Assembly (NCBI RefSeq): GCF_036588685.1 | Contig: NC_086375.1 | Coordinates: 72,912,001 to 72,976,000, forward strand | DNA length: 64,000 nt | Direction of reading: 5' to 3' | Source of the DNA: Mytilus trossulus | Lineage: Eukaryota | Shown here: positions 27,691-39,862 of the stretch, in pieces | Position numbering within the stretch: the first letter of the stretch is position 1 | Layout of the letters: each line of letters begins with the position of its first letter | Translations under genes and position numbers: made by a program | The notes under the pieces: model-generated | Databases searched by the model: none | What the model saw: only the letters and a program-made list of their open reading frames with translations | What the model was told of the DNA's origin: nothing

Positions 27691-28283
27691 TCTTTGATTG
27701 GGTCTGAACAGACCTGATTCTTGTCCCATTGGCAATCACACCACATCTTCTTTTTTTATATTAACTCCATTCATCTGCCATTTATAGTTTAAACTGACAT
27801 CACAAAAATAAATGTCTGCCCCTTAACAAAATAAACCCTGTTCATTTATTATATGACATATCCAAGTGTCGCAAATTCCTAAATAGCATTAACCTCAATA
27901 GAACGTAGAACGCCAAACAAAAATATGTCTGATGAAATGAATAAGTATTTGCCACTGCCCGTCAATAAAGGTTGATTTACCAAGTGACCATTGACAATGA
28001 TTTAAACGAAACCGACATGTTATGGAGTCAATCACGTTCAATAGGAATTTTTTCATACTGTTTTACATAATTAAACCACATTTAGAGTACTAAATACTAA
28101 TAGACCATTAAACATATATATTCTTTTATTTCTTATTTCAATATTTGACATGTTTTTAATAATTTAAGGAATTTGATTGTTTTCCATAAAACTTTTGATT
28201 TGAATTTGAAACAGCATTATCTTGCAATGTTAAACTGTTCTCTTGATTGTATCAAAATAATGTAACTTTCAAAGACAAGGTAC

Positions 28284-28650
28284 CTTTACTCAATGTCAAA
28301 ATCTTAGTGGATTTATGAAACAACGGAAATGACCAACAACATCCCAAATGAACTAATAACGCGTAGAAATAGTGCCTTTTCCTGGTTTAAATCTCTGATA
28401 GATGTTGATACTTTTCTGATGATTGTTTATTAATTCATTGAAATTTGTTATATTTTCAGAGGTTATGAGACATTATTTCATTTATTGAGCAAAACTGAAA
28501 GAAATGTTTTGGGAAAAGTTGGCGTATCAACTTCACCGGAAGTATATAGTCCACAGCAACATGGAAGCACCTGTTCTGACAAAATAGCAAACAGGTGTCT
28601 TCTTAGCTGAAAACTGAGATGTAGCAAGACGAAATAACCCTGTTTTATAG
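28284..28650. promoter_or_regulatory. Putative bidirectional promoter region for COA6 and NAA30
   Basis: Divergent genes. A minus-strand donor AAG|GTACCT at 28284/28283 can pair with the COA6 acceptor at 26151/26150. ETS-type motifs CGGAAAT (~28324) and CCGGAAGT (~28536) are present. Confidence 0.5.
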
Positions 28651-28688
28651 ACTTGTCAAAATGCATTGGTTCACACTATCTCTCTAAA

Positions 28689-31600
28689 ATGTCTGAAGAA
28701 ATATGCTCAGTGTTAACTGATTCAGGAAGCAGCTTTCCAATCAAACCTCAGATAGATAATTTACTGAAACATGATAAAATTTCTGTTGAAAGTGACTCAT
28801 TAAACGATTCTTACTGCGTTAATCATGAGAGTAAAGATCCAAAGGTACCAAATGGTAAAATAAGACATAAACATGAAAACGGGCTTGTAAGACATGCAAA
28901 ATCCGTTGCAGATTCACCTCACCACTGTCCATGTTCTGGAGTTCATGATGTCGATGAGGTAGATGTCAGTAGCCATACTTTTCAGGACAATGAGTCTTCC
29001 ATGTGCAAATCATTCAATCAGTTGGAACTTAAAAAAAGTGAACAGGAGGAACCAGAGAATGACATGATAGATGGAATACATTATATTGTTTATGAATCAG
29101 AACTTCAGATGCCAGATATAATGAGACTCATAACTAAAGACTTGTCTGAACCGTATTCTATTTATACCTATAGATATTTTATACATAACTGGCCAAAGCT
29201 TTGTTTTCTGGTGAGTTGATGAAAATAGATGCCAAATATAAGATTGAGAAAGGAAATGGTGAATATGTCACCCGACCATGGAGCAGATAACAGCCGAAGG
29301 CAACCAATGGGTCTTCAATGTAGTGAGAATTCCCGCACCCGTAGGTGTCCTTCAACTGGCCCCTAAAAATATGCTTAATAGTACAGTGATAATGGACGTC
29401 ATACTAAACTCCGAATTATACACAAGAAACTAAAATTTAAAATCATACAAGACTAACAAGGGCCAGAGGCTCCTGACTTGGGACAGGTGCAAAATTGCGG
29501 CGGGTTAAACATGTTTATGAGATCTCAACCCTCCCCCTATACCTCTAGCCAATGTAGAAAAGTAAAAGAATAACAATACACACATTAAAATTCAGTTCAA
29601 GAGAAGTCAGAGTCCGATGTCAAAAGATGTAACAAAAGAAAATAAATAAAATGACAATAATACATAAATAACAACAGACTACTAGCAGTTAACTGACATG
29701 CCAGCTCCAGACCTCAATTAAACTGATTGAAAGATTATGTCTTCATCATATATAGCCAGTATGCTAAATACCCCAAAATAGAGGCACATACATTGTACAA
29801 CACTAGTTTGAAATCATATGCTATAAAACTATTAATATATTGATTGATTGTTGGATGCTTAACATCAAGTAAATGTTGACGGATAATAGTGTGATAGTTC
29901 TGATAAATGACCTGAATCACATGCAAATAAACTTGGTACGCATGCAACAGATACCACAACAGTGACAACACTAACTCATTCAATGAAATGCTGCAAACAC
30001 TAGTACATGTACTTCATTTTTGTAAATCAAACAACTCTTGATAAAGGAAATTAAGAACTTACATCATCTTATACATACATTGTACTCATACAACATGTTT
30101 GTGTATTACTGATCAGCATCTAAACATCCAACTTAATCTAATAAGATGGAAATTGGGAAGATGTTAAAGAGACACCAATTGAACCATAGAACATGTACAG
30201 ACAACAGCAGAAGGTCACCAATAAGTCTCCAATGCAGCGAGAAACTCCAGCACCAGGAGGCGTCCTTCAGCTGGTCCCATAACAAATATCTATACTAGTT
30301 CAGTGATAATGGACATCATACTAAACTCTGAATTATACACAAGAAACTAAATTTAAAAATCATACAAGACTAACAAAGGCCAGAGGCTTGGGACAGGCAC
30401 AAACAACCATATTAATAGTCATACATGTACATGTATGTAGATCAATATTTGTTTATTATAGTTCAATACAAGATGAACCAGACATGTTTCTATCTTAATT
30501 ATACTATTGTTATAATTTTTCAGGCAGTGGATGAAGGGAAATGTGTAGGTGCTATAGTTTGTAAATTAGATATGCATAAAAAGATGGTACGAAGAGGATA
30601 TATTGCCATGTTAGCTGTAGATTCAGACTATAGGAGAAGAAAAATAGGTAATTCTGTAGTATAAACAAATAGATAAAGCCATTAATTTTAAAGGTAGTCT
30701 TTAGAATCTACAAAAATGTCTGCTATATTCAAATTATATTATATCTATAAAAATATAGTGACATTTATGTAAAATGCATTTACATGTACATGTATGCATT
30801 TAAAAGTACAAATGTAGTAAAGCTTTATACTGTTGCTGCATATAAAACAGGTAACGTCATCCTAAAAATTCTTGTCTTAAATTATGATGGCATTATCAGT
30901 TTGGTTGGAGAAGTATACTACATGTATTATAAATGACTTTTCATACAAGTATTGTATTGGGATACTTTTTTTTTTTAAACTTGTAAAGATTTAATAATTT
31001 AAATCAGTGTTTTTTGGAAAATGACGCAGTCATTGTTCCATAACTGCCGACCTGAACTTCATTACATTGCTCTGCCTACCGCGCTTGGTTTCGTATTTCC
31101 TATTTTCCAAACAAACTGGAATCTGCTTGTGTTATCATTATGCATCATTGTGTAGTATTAAACCAGCCAGGACCCAGTTTACACTGGTTTTTGCTTGTAT
31201 TCCACTACACTTGAACAAAGTGTTGTAGTTTGACGGGAACCAGTTTTAGAATTTGTAAACTACAAAACGTAATCGGTTATTGTTCATTCCGTTTTGGTGT
31301 TTCATACCGACTTATACGGTTTGAATAAGCTTAAGACCATTCAAACATTAATGTGATAGGTATATTAAAGATTGTTTTACAAAAGGATTGAACTGTTTTA
31401 CTTTCAAAGTCGTACTATAGGGATATCTGTCATATACGGATTTCCACTCTCACCGGTTAATTTCTTCTTTTACACACGTGCTTTGGAAACTTCCTGTTTA
31501 ATCGCAAGTTTTAAAATTGTTTTTGAGTGAATTAAACTTATGTTAACAATCATGAAGCGTTCCAGAATCATTTTAAAGCAGTTTCTTCTTCTCTTTGATG

Positions 31601-34496
31601 TTGGAAAATAGGTTTTCTCAAGAAAATACCGCAAACGATCGCAGAGGAATTGAAACGTACAAGTCAAGTCGGCACCTGGTTAAATTGGCATCTAGTCAAA
31701 TCGGCACCTATTCGACGTCAATTCGGCATCCAATAATATTTGATATAATATTTTCTATTCAATTAATTAATTACTGTTACCAAGTACATAGTGAATATGT
31801 TGTTGTGTATTTTGGTAAACCACGAAACGAAAGTGAATATGTAGTGTATAAAGGTAAACAACGAAGCCCTTACCAAAGCTGTTGTTTTAACAATTAGACA
31901 ATTTGTGTAATTGTAAAAACAAGTCAATTATTAAAATAAAATGGAAAACTATGAGTCCCTTTCAATAAATCAAACTTTCATGCCAAATAATTAGCAAATT
32001 TAAGGTGTTTGTTTTTCAGTAAAGTTTAAACAGCATTAAACCAACAATCCTGTCATGCCTGTAAAATGCTCAACTGGTTAAAATAATGCAGAAAAATACA
32101 CAATATCTCATGTATTAGTCCAAATAATTATGACGCCTGGCAAGGCTATTTTATTATTTTTCTGGGAAGCCTTCCTACGACATTCAGGTGCCAATTTAAC
32201 TAGGTGCCAGTTTGACTAGAATTCTTTGACAAATGTTTGAAACTATCTGAGTTTCATTAGACCTTTGCTAGCAGTAACAAAAAGATTATTTACTTAATAT
32301 TTTTTGGAGAAGGGGGTTCAGACTGTGTGGCATCAGGTCTGTTTGTGCCCAATACATTTTCGCACCCTACACGTTCGCACATTCACACTCTACTCATTCA
32401 CGCCCAATTTTAATTCAAATTCAAGTTGAATAATTGGAAAATTATGGTTGTTGTTTTAAATTGCTTTGGTGTAAATACTGAATGTATTTATAGCTTGGTA
32501 TGAGTAAAACATTGAAGATTTTAAAGGAAAAAACACAAAAGATAATTGTTTTTAACAGCTTGGTCCCATTGATCTGAAACAACGAAACAATAAAACATAG
32601 AAACCAAAATATAGCAATCTTATAACCAGACTATGTACCAGTGAGAAATATACAAGCCTTTCTACGGTATTTATTTGTACAATTCAGCTAGTCTTGATCT
32701 ATTCATTTGTCTTAAAAAACCAGCCAGTTGTCACCTTCACTTCACACACACACACATATACGAATATCAATTATATGCTTACGATACATGTTGCATTGTT
32801 AAACTAATTACGGTATGTGAAAATCAAGACTTGCATAAAAACTATCCCAATATTAGAGACAGTGGCGTCATTTTTCTTCAGAGCTTTCAGCTCTTTGATT
32901 ATGTCTAGACTTCTGATTTTCAAAGAAATCACATTGCTATCACTATTTTAAGAGTTGTGATACTTCATTATTCATAAACTTACTGTAAATACTGACATAT
33001 TTGGTACCAGATGATCTGCTGGCAATCTTTGTTATGTTCATGAATCTTGATGCACATACCTGGTTCTATTCTAATACATGCATTGTATATACTATATAAA
33101 ATGTTAATGACTCAGTCTGTGGAGGTTTTTGAAAAGAAAAACGTGTTAGTCTTAGAAGATTGTATTGTGACAATTATAGTATCATCATCAAGAAATTTAA
33201 GTACAAAACCTTTCAAATAATTTTATTTTTAAATCAAAATATAATTATTTAATCATGAACCAACATGACCAAGTTTTAAGTATTGTATTACAAAGTATAT
33301 AATTGTTTATTTGATTTAATATTTGTAGGTTCTCATTTAGTTCGTAAAGCAATCAAAGCCATGATAGCTGATGACTGTGATGAAGTAAGTATGTGGACTA
33401 CTGCATTCTAATGTTTACCTCAAATCTATTTTATCATCATCATCATCATCAAAGTGTGTATGCTTACATTGTTATGACTTATGTTGTGCCCTTTAGGTGA
33501 CATAGAAATACCTGGCATACTATTGTGGGTCAGTCTGTATGAAAAAATCACTTTTACATATATGAAAGCTTCTGAAATTTAAATTAAAGGTTTATATTAT
33601 CAAAGTTTCTCAAAAGTTCTAGAATCAGAGACAATCAACTAATTTTAAAGGAGTTATGACCCTTTGAAATTAATGTAAATAGAAAATTGCATTGTAAGTG
33701 CTCTCAAGCCTTCATTTATAAATGTGATTTTTTTTTATATTTGTATCAGTTATGTCTTCAAGAAGTTAAAAATCAATATATATCTACTTTAACAGTTGTT
33801 TCTTTTTTAAAATAAAACATTCATGGACAACTGCATTGTGAAGCACTCTAAAGCTAATCTGCATACATTTCTTGTATGATTTTATGACATTTAAATCTAA
33901 GGTTATTATCAGTAATGTCTTGGGCGAGTACAAAAAACAGTGACTATCAGTTATTTCAAAACTTATTTGTATTTAAGCCTTATTTTAGAGAAAACACTGT
34001 ACCTGAAGCATTTCTGCCTTAAGATATACCTACATTTTATGTGTTCAATGTTGTTTAGCTGTGACAAACTGCAGATCAAGTTTGCAATATGTTCTAACAA
34101 ATTGGAATTATGGCCCCAGGTCACACATCATATATATTCTTGCTTTGCCACTCACAAATTTTTTAATGATAAATTGATAAAGGATTATTTTGGTATTCTT
34201 CTTTTGTTATCTGCTACCTCATATACTTTCACCTTTAATTCATCTTAGAATGATTCCTAAATATCTCTCAAATGAACTTTAGCCTGCAATAATCCCCATA
34301 TCTTTCATATGAAAAAAATATGAATATTTTTTTAATGTTTGATATTTTATATTTTCAGGTTGTTTTGGAGACAGAGATTACTAATAAAGCTGCCCTAAAT
34401 TTATATGAAAATTTAGGTTTTGTACGAGACAAACGTCTTTTCCGTTATTATTTGAATGGTGTTGACGCATTACGTTTGAAGTTATGGTTACGGTGA
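28689..34496 (+). CDS. NAA30: N-alpha-acetyltransferase 30 (NatC catalytic subunit, MAK3), 279 aa
   Basis: Exons 28689-29210, 30524-30647, 33329-33384 and 34359-34496 (840 nt, GT-AG, phases consistent). Motifs include [72 protein letters not shown] and [46 protein letters not shown]. Confidence 0.97.
29241..29750 (-). mobile_element. Long copy of SINE-like family A in NAA30 intron 1 (second, more diverged copy at 30146-30400)
   Basis: Near-identical reverse complement of 46675-47023. Contains the ctcctgacttgggacagg core. Confidence 0.8.
31655..32224. mobile_element. MITE with repeated subterminal motifs in NAA30 intron 2
   Basis: Left agtcaagtcggcacctggttaaattggcatct versus right aggtgccaatttaactaggtgccagtttgact, an inverted match. 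Confidence 0.7.
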
Positions 34497-37400
34497 ATTT
34501 TACTATCCTTTTTAGAGTGTTGTTGTTGAGTATATGAAGAATTAAATTATTTTTGTTTGTACATATAGATAATTTTAAAGATGTGATAAGGACAAAGTGT
34601 TGTCATCTGCAGATGATGAAAAAATATGAATATTGGTTTGAGAAAGGAACTTTGTTCTGATAAGAAAGGAATTTTAAACATCGAAGATGGCAATTAATAA
34701 GCAGAAAATACTGTGTATTTTGAATGGAATAAATATGCCTTCATGTATTTAAATGCATGAGGAATTAGAAAGAACGACACTTTTCTACACAAGATAAATA
34801 TATATAATTGGGGAATTTAAGCTGAAATGTAGGCAATAAATTTGATCTCTCAGAAACAATATCACATCATTTTAACTTTTAAAGAAGAAAATCAGACATC
34901 AATTTTCAACTTGTACAGAAAACTGCTCAACAACTCACATACATACTATGTTATACTTAAGAAAGGATATAATCCTTGGGTTTGCTTTAAAGAAAACATA
35001 CTGTATTAGTAAGCATGCATTCATATTTTTAAAGTGTCATATTATATGTTCTTAAAACAAACATCCTTCCAGTATTTAAGTTGTTGATATTCTTTGTATT
35101 AATTTTTATCCTTTTTAACTATTTATCTATGTATAAACAATAAATTCATTGAAAGTAATGTGAAAAAAACAGGTCTGATAATGATCTAATATGAAATAAA
35201 GGGTACCCATCAATGTCGAAACCATATACTCAATAAGATAATGTTCTTATATACAGTCATAACAGTTAACACTAACAAATGTTTCAAGCTTTAATAAAAT
35301 ACAAAAAATGCTAGCTGTTTCTCAATACTGTTAAAAATATCATGGTAAAACTAGGGAACACAAAATTCCAATCATATCAACTTACCAAGGTAAAATATAT
35401 GATTAACTTCTGAATCACAAGAAAATGTATTATGTTTCAGTAACAACAATTATAACATGAAACCCTCTGAAAGAGGTCATGCACTTAAGTAGTTAAGAGC
35501 TTTAAAAGAACCTTATTCATGATAACCATTAACTTTGTCTTTACATTGCTCTAAAGTCTAACAGTAATAAGCCCATTGTGATTTTGAATGGTAGAAAGAA
35601 TTGAAAGTACTTTGTTACACACACTACTTTAGAGATGATTCCCCATTTGACAATCAAGATATTTCCATAAGGAATCTATATTACACATTTTGAATGGCTT
35701 CTTGAACAGTTATTTCAGGTTCTTCTAAGACAATTGTACATAATCATTTTATGGTACCTTCAAATTGTTTTAGAATTCGGTGTCAACATTTAGAGTTTCA
35801 ACACCATTGTGTACTCTGCAAAATCAACTGCTTGCTGATGATTTATATAGCGGTGAACTCTTTATTTGGATTTGGCTTTAAAAATCCGGCTCAATATGGT
35901 GGCTTTCACTAAATAGTCAAGTAGTGATGAAAATAAGTTGAAACACAATTTGAGAGCCTGAATCAGCTTTTCATCCCATTTAACGGATTTCAATCAAACT
36001 AGTTCATATAGATTTTTGTCATGAATTTGGACGTTGATATCAGCAGATAGTTAAATGTAAAGCTACCTAATAAACTAAAGTCACTGTTCTTCCTTCTTTT
36101 ATAAATGCAGTTGTGTATGCTTTAAATTCTTTTAATGCAAGTTCTAGCTTTTTCTAAACTTTGGTCACGATCCTACATTTGGCTTGCACATTTTCAGACA
36201 TTTAAGGTTTCGAAATTTTGTATGTTTTCAGGGTAAAAGTATATATGCATTCTAACATTGTGCAAAATACTGATATAGATCTATTTTTTGCTATTTTTAT
36301 GAAATAAAGGTAGATATTCTAAGTAGCTTTATGCCCAAAGAGATTGATTGAGAATAAAATATTTCAATATCTGGGATAGTGCATTTTCCCCCCTTGCAAA
36401 TATGTTGATAGCATAACAGTTCAGGACTTGACTCTATTGACGCCAAACAAATCTGCTCATAGATCAAAAGGTGAAAATTGTCTATGTCTGATTTATAAAT
36501 GAAATAAAAATATCAATGACCCGCTGATGGATATGAGGAATGATAATTGAAGAAGATCTGTCTTGTTAAATTGTTGAATTAGAATTATTAAAAATACTTT
36601 TTGTATATTAAATGGTCATGTTATTTGTAAGTTTTTAGAGAACCTGTTTTATAATTTAATTTTCTATCTACTCGTTCTTTACAAAAATGAGAAGGATAAT
36701 GTATGTGTCACTTGAGTGTGCAAAATGTCATAGAAATAAAATGTGTAATGAAATCCAGTGAGATTAACATTGTATAAAATAATTATGACCAGGTTTTAAC
36801 AAATAAAAAAGAAAAATTGTATTCTACACTAATTTTGTTACCTGCTGTTAACATTTGAAACACCCTATGTAATGTTATAGAGTTGAATAATGCATCTTGC
36901 ATACCTTTGTTACATCATTCAGGCATTATGTGAAAATGACTTTATTAAGTATTAACTTTTCCTGAAACATATGGGGTCATTTATTGGAAGTGTTTAGTCT
37001 ACCAGATTTAATATACATGCTTCACAGTTTGCATCTGACAGATATAACAGTGCAGCATATTTTGTTATGAATTCATGTTTTGTATATATATTTCTTGGAA
37101 AGTTTAATCTAGGCAAAACAACTTTGCGTATCATTAATGAATATAATTCAGTCAAACCCCTCTATGTACAATATACATTTAAGCTAGATTCCTGATACAA
37201 ACATATTCAGAAATCACTCAGAACAACTGCTTTGATTTTGTTGGGAAATGTCTCATTTTGAAATATCTGATATACAGTGATATAATGGTACACACTAGAA
37301 ATTCAAAAATTAAAATTTAATTGAAATTTCTCAGGATACAGATCATACAGTGGTAGTGTTTAATTTAGGTTCCAATAAAAATCCTTAGGTAATAACCATT

Positions 37401-38344
37401 GTGATGAAATCCCTGTTAATAAAATTGTAAATAAAGAGAGATATGATATATGAAGTTTCTTACTTTTTAGTTCAACTGACACTACAGGTCAATTGAGCTA
37501 TGGACATACCTTTTAGCAAAATCTCCTGAACCTAATGGGCCAAAATAATAACTAGCATTACTATCACTACATATTACACGGTGTAGAATGACAGCGGATT
37601 ATCAGGTTTTGTATTAGTGTGAAGACTATTTTGAAGCCATTGTTTCCCAATTCATGGTCCGGTGACCTTTGAATTAATTAACAATTTTTTAATGTTTATT
37701 TTACTGCCTAGGTTCGTATGATGGGGAATTTCTTACAATAGACAACAATATTTTCAATAAAGTTGCATTACTGTCTCGTACATCTCATTTTGTCTGGTCT
37801 GGCAAATTTGAATGGATTAGCAAAGTTGCTGTGCATCAGTAACCGTTTGTCTTTTTTTCTGAATTTTATGATATCTGTGTCAACAGTGTGTTACATTTTT
37901 TTTGTGTGTGTAAGTCATAAACTATAGATAAAGAGAAAAACAGCAAATATGATTAACAAAATTCTGAAATACATGTCAGCAACGACAAAACTGTAACTCT
38001 ACTTTATATAAAAGTTTCTCCTGAGTAACAATTTCACCAATGTTTGGTTTTTGTGACAAAAAATAGAGTTACCTAGAAACTGAAAACAGAATATAAGTGA
38101 TCAACAACAACAAAATTTTGGTCATGAGTTAAAGTTAATAGTAGTGAAGAACAGCCATTGTTGAAAATGCACAAATAATGTAGGTACAACGTTACGCCAC
38201 AAAATACTTCAGAGGCTTTATAAAAATAAGATATGGTATGATTGCTATAAATGAGATAACTCCGACAGAGACTGAAATAACTTAGAAGTTAGCAACTACA
38301 GGTCACGACAGCTGTCAATGTGCAATACTGCAAAACATAGGGTG

Positions 38345-38662
38345 GCAAGGTGTCCCGCTAACATGTTTAACCCCACCACATTATTTATGTATGTGCCTGT
38401 CCCAAGTCAGGAGCCTGTAATTCAGTGGTTGTCGTTTGCTTATGTGTAACATGTTTGTTTTACATAAATAAGGCCGTTAGTTTTCTCGTTTGAATTGTTT
38501 TACATTGTCTTATCAGGGCCTTTTATAGCTGACTATACGGTATAGGCTTTGCTCATTGTTGAAGGCCGTACAGTTACCTATAGTTGTTTATGTTTGTGTC
38601 ATTTTGGTCTTCTGTGGATAGTTGTCTCATTGGCAATAATACCACATCTTCTTTTTTATATT
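38345..38662 (+). mobile_element. SINE-like family B/C copy
   Basis: cccgctaacatgtttaacccc..cctgtcccaagtcaggagcc..accacatcttcttttttatat. Other copies are at 55830-56485 (same strand) and 41198-42155 (opposite strand). Confidence 0.75.
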
Positions 38663-39042
38663 GAACATTGTTGCCTAACCTTGTCTCCTATGAATTGATT
38701 GTAAAGGTGTACATATCCAAATGGCATGTATCATCTGACTGTGACCTCATTTTCATTTTCAAGTTAAGTTTTTGTGATTTGGTCTGTCTATCTAATACTT
38801 TAAGCAATAGGTCAACTATATTTGATATGAAAATATATTACGATGTACATGTTAATCTGGCATGTTTAATTTGACCAAACTTTATTTACAGGTTATTGCT
38901 CCATGTTAAGGTTTTGTTTAATGGTCTATTTTTCTAATACTATAAACAATAGGTTAACTATGTATGGAATCATGGTAACCTCTATATGTCTGTCTGGCAA
39001 TTATCATTTGACTAAATCAACATTTTCATGGTTCATTGGTTA

Positions 39043-39268
39043 GGGAGCTACCCCATTTGATTTTTATGGGGGGGCTAGGATGAAAAATTTTGTCCTGTCT
39101 TTTTTTTTTTACTGTAATCTCTGTCCTGCCTTTTCATTTTTCACTCTGCTCGGTTCTGCCTTTTTTTTTTAAGTATATCCTGACTTTTTTTTTGCAAGTG
39201 TCTCATCCTGCCTTTTTTTTTTTACGCAAAACTCCTGACCTGCCTATTTTTTTCAAATTTCATCCTAG

Positions 39269-39300
<32 letters not shown>

Positions 39301-39323
39301 ACAAAAATCAAATGGTAGCTCCC
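39043..39323. mobile_element. PIF/Harbinger-type MITE
   Basis: TIR gggagctacc..atttgattttt.tgggggg / cccccacaaaaatcaaatggtagctccc, with TTA on both flanks. Confidence 0.8.
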
Positions 39324-39862
39324 TTAATCTTCCATTTTTGTCTCACCTTGACGGAGTCAAAAAGCGAGAAATAGGTATGCTGTTTCTGGCGACGACAGTG
39401 TCAACAATGTATAAGTTTGTGATTAGGTCTAATTTACGGTGAACCACAATTAAGTGGTAGGTCAATCATATCAAGTTGGTATGAAGTTGTATAAGCATGG
39501 GCACATCTGATTTCCATGGAGATTATTTGGCCCTGTCCCCTCAGTCATGGTCTATCGACTTCAAAACTTTTTCTTATTTTACATGTATTAGTTTATGATA
39601 AGGTCAGTTTATGAAGAACAACAACTGGTATTGCAATGATATATGGTATGCAGTTGTGTAAGCATCGGCATATCTCATTTCCATGGAGCTTATTTAGCTC
39701 AGCTGCCTGAGTCATGGTCTATTGACTTTGAAACTTTTGCGTATTTTACATGTAGACTGAAATTCAAAACAGTGTGGCTGTCCCCGGGCCATTGATTGAC
39801 ATTAAAATCATCCATTGACTGGGACAATTTACGTGAACGTTTGTCTGTGACGACAACTGTTA

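Noticed and set aside
28653-28688. ORF-track start of NAA30 at 28653
   Set aside because: It is a TTG codon. The first in-frame ATG is at 28689.
31007-31650. Less AT-rich block in NAA30 intron 2 as a possible transposase or RT fragment
   Set aside because: The minus strand I read has frequent stops, the track shows only short ORFs here, and I saw no recognisable motif or clear termini. Probably an old repeat fragment.
39090-39374. ORF with a poly-proline tract
   Set aside because: It derives from the poly-C run inside a MITE TIR.
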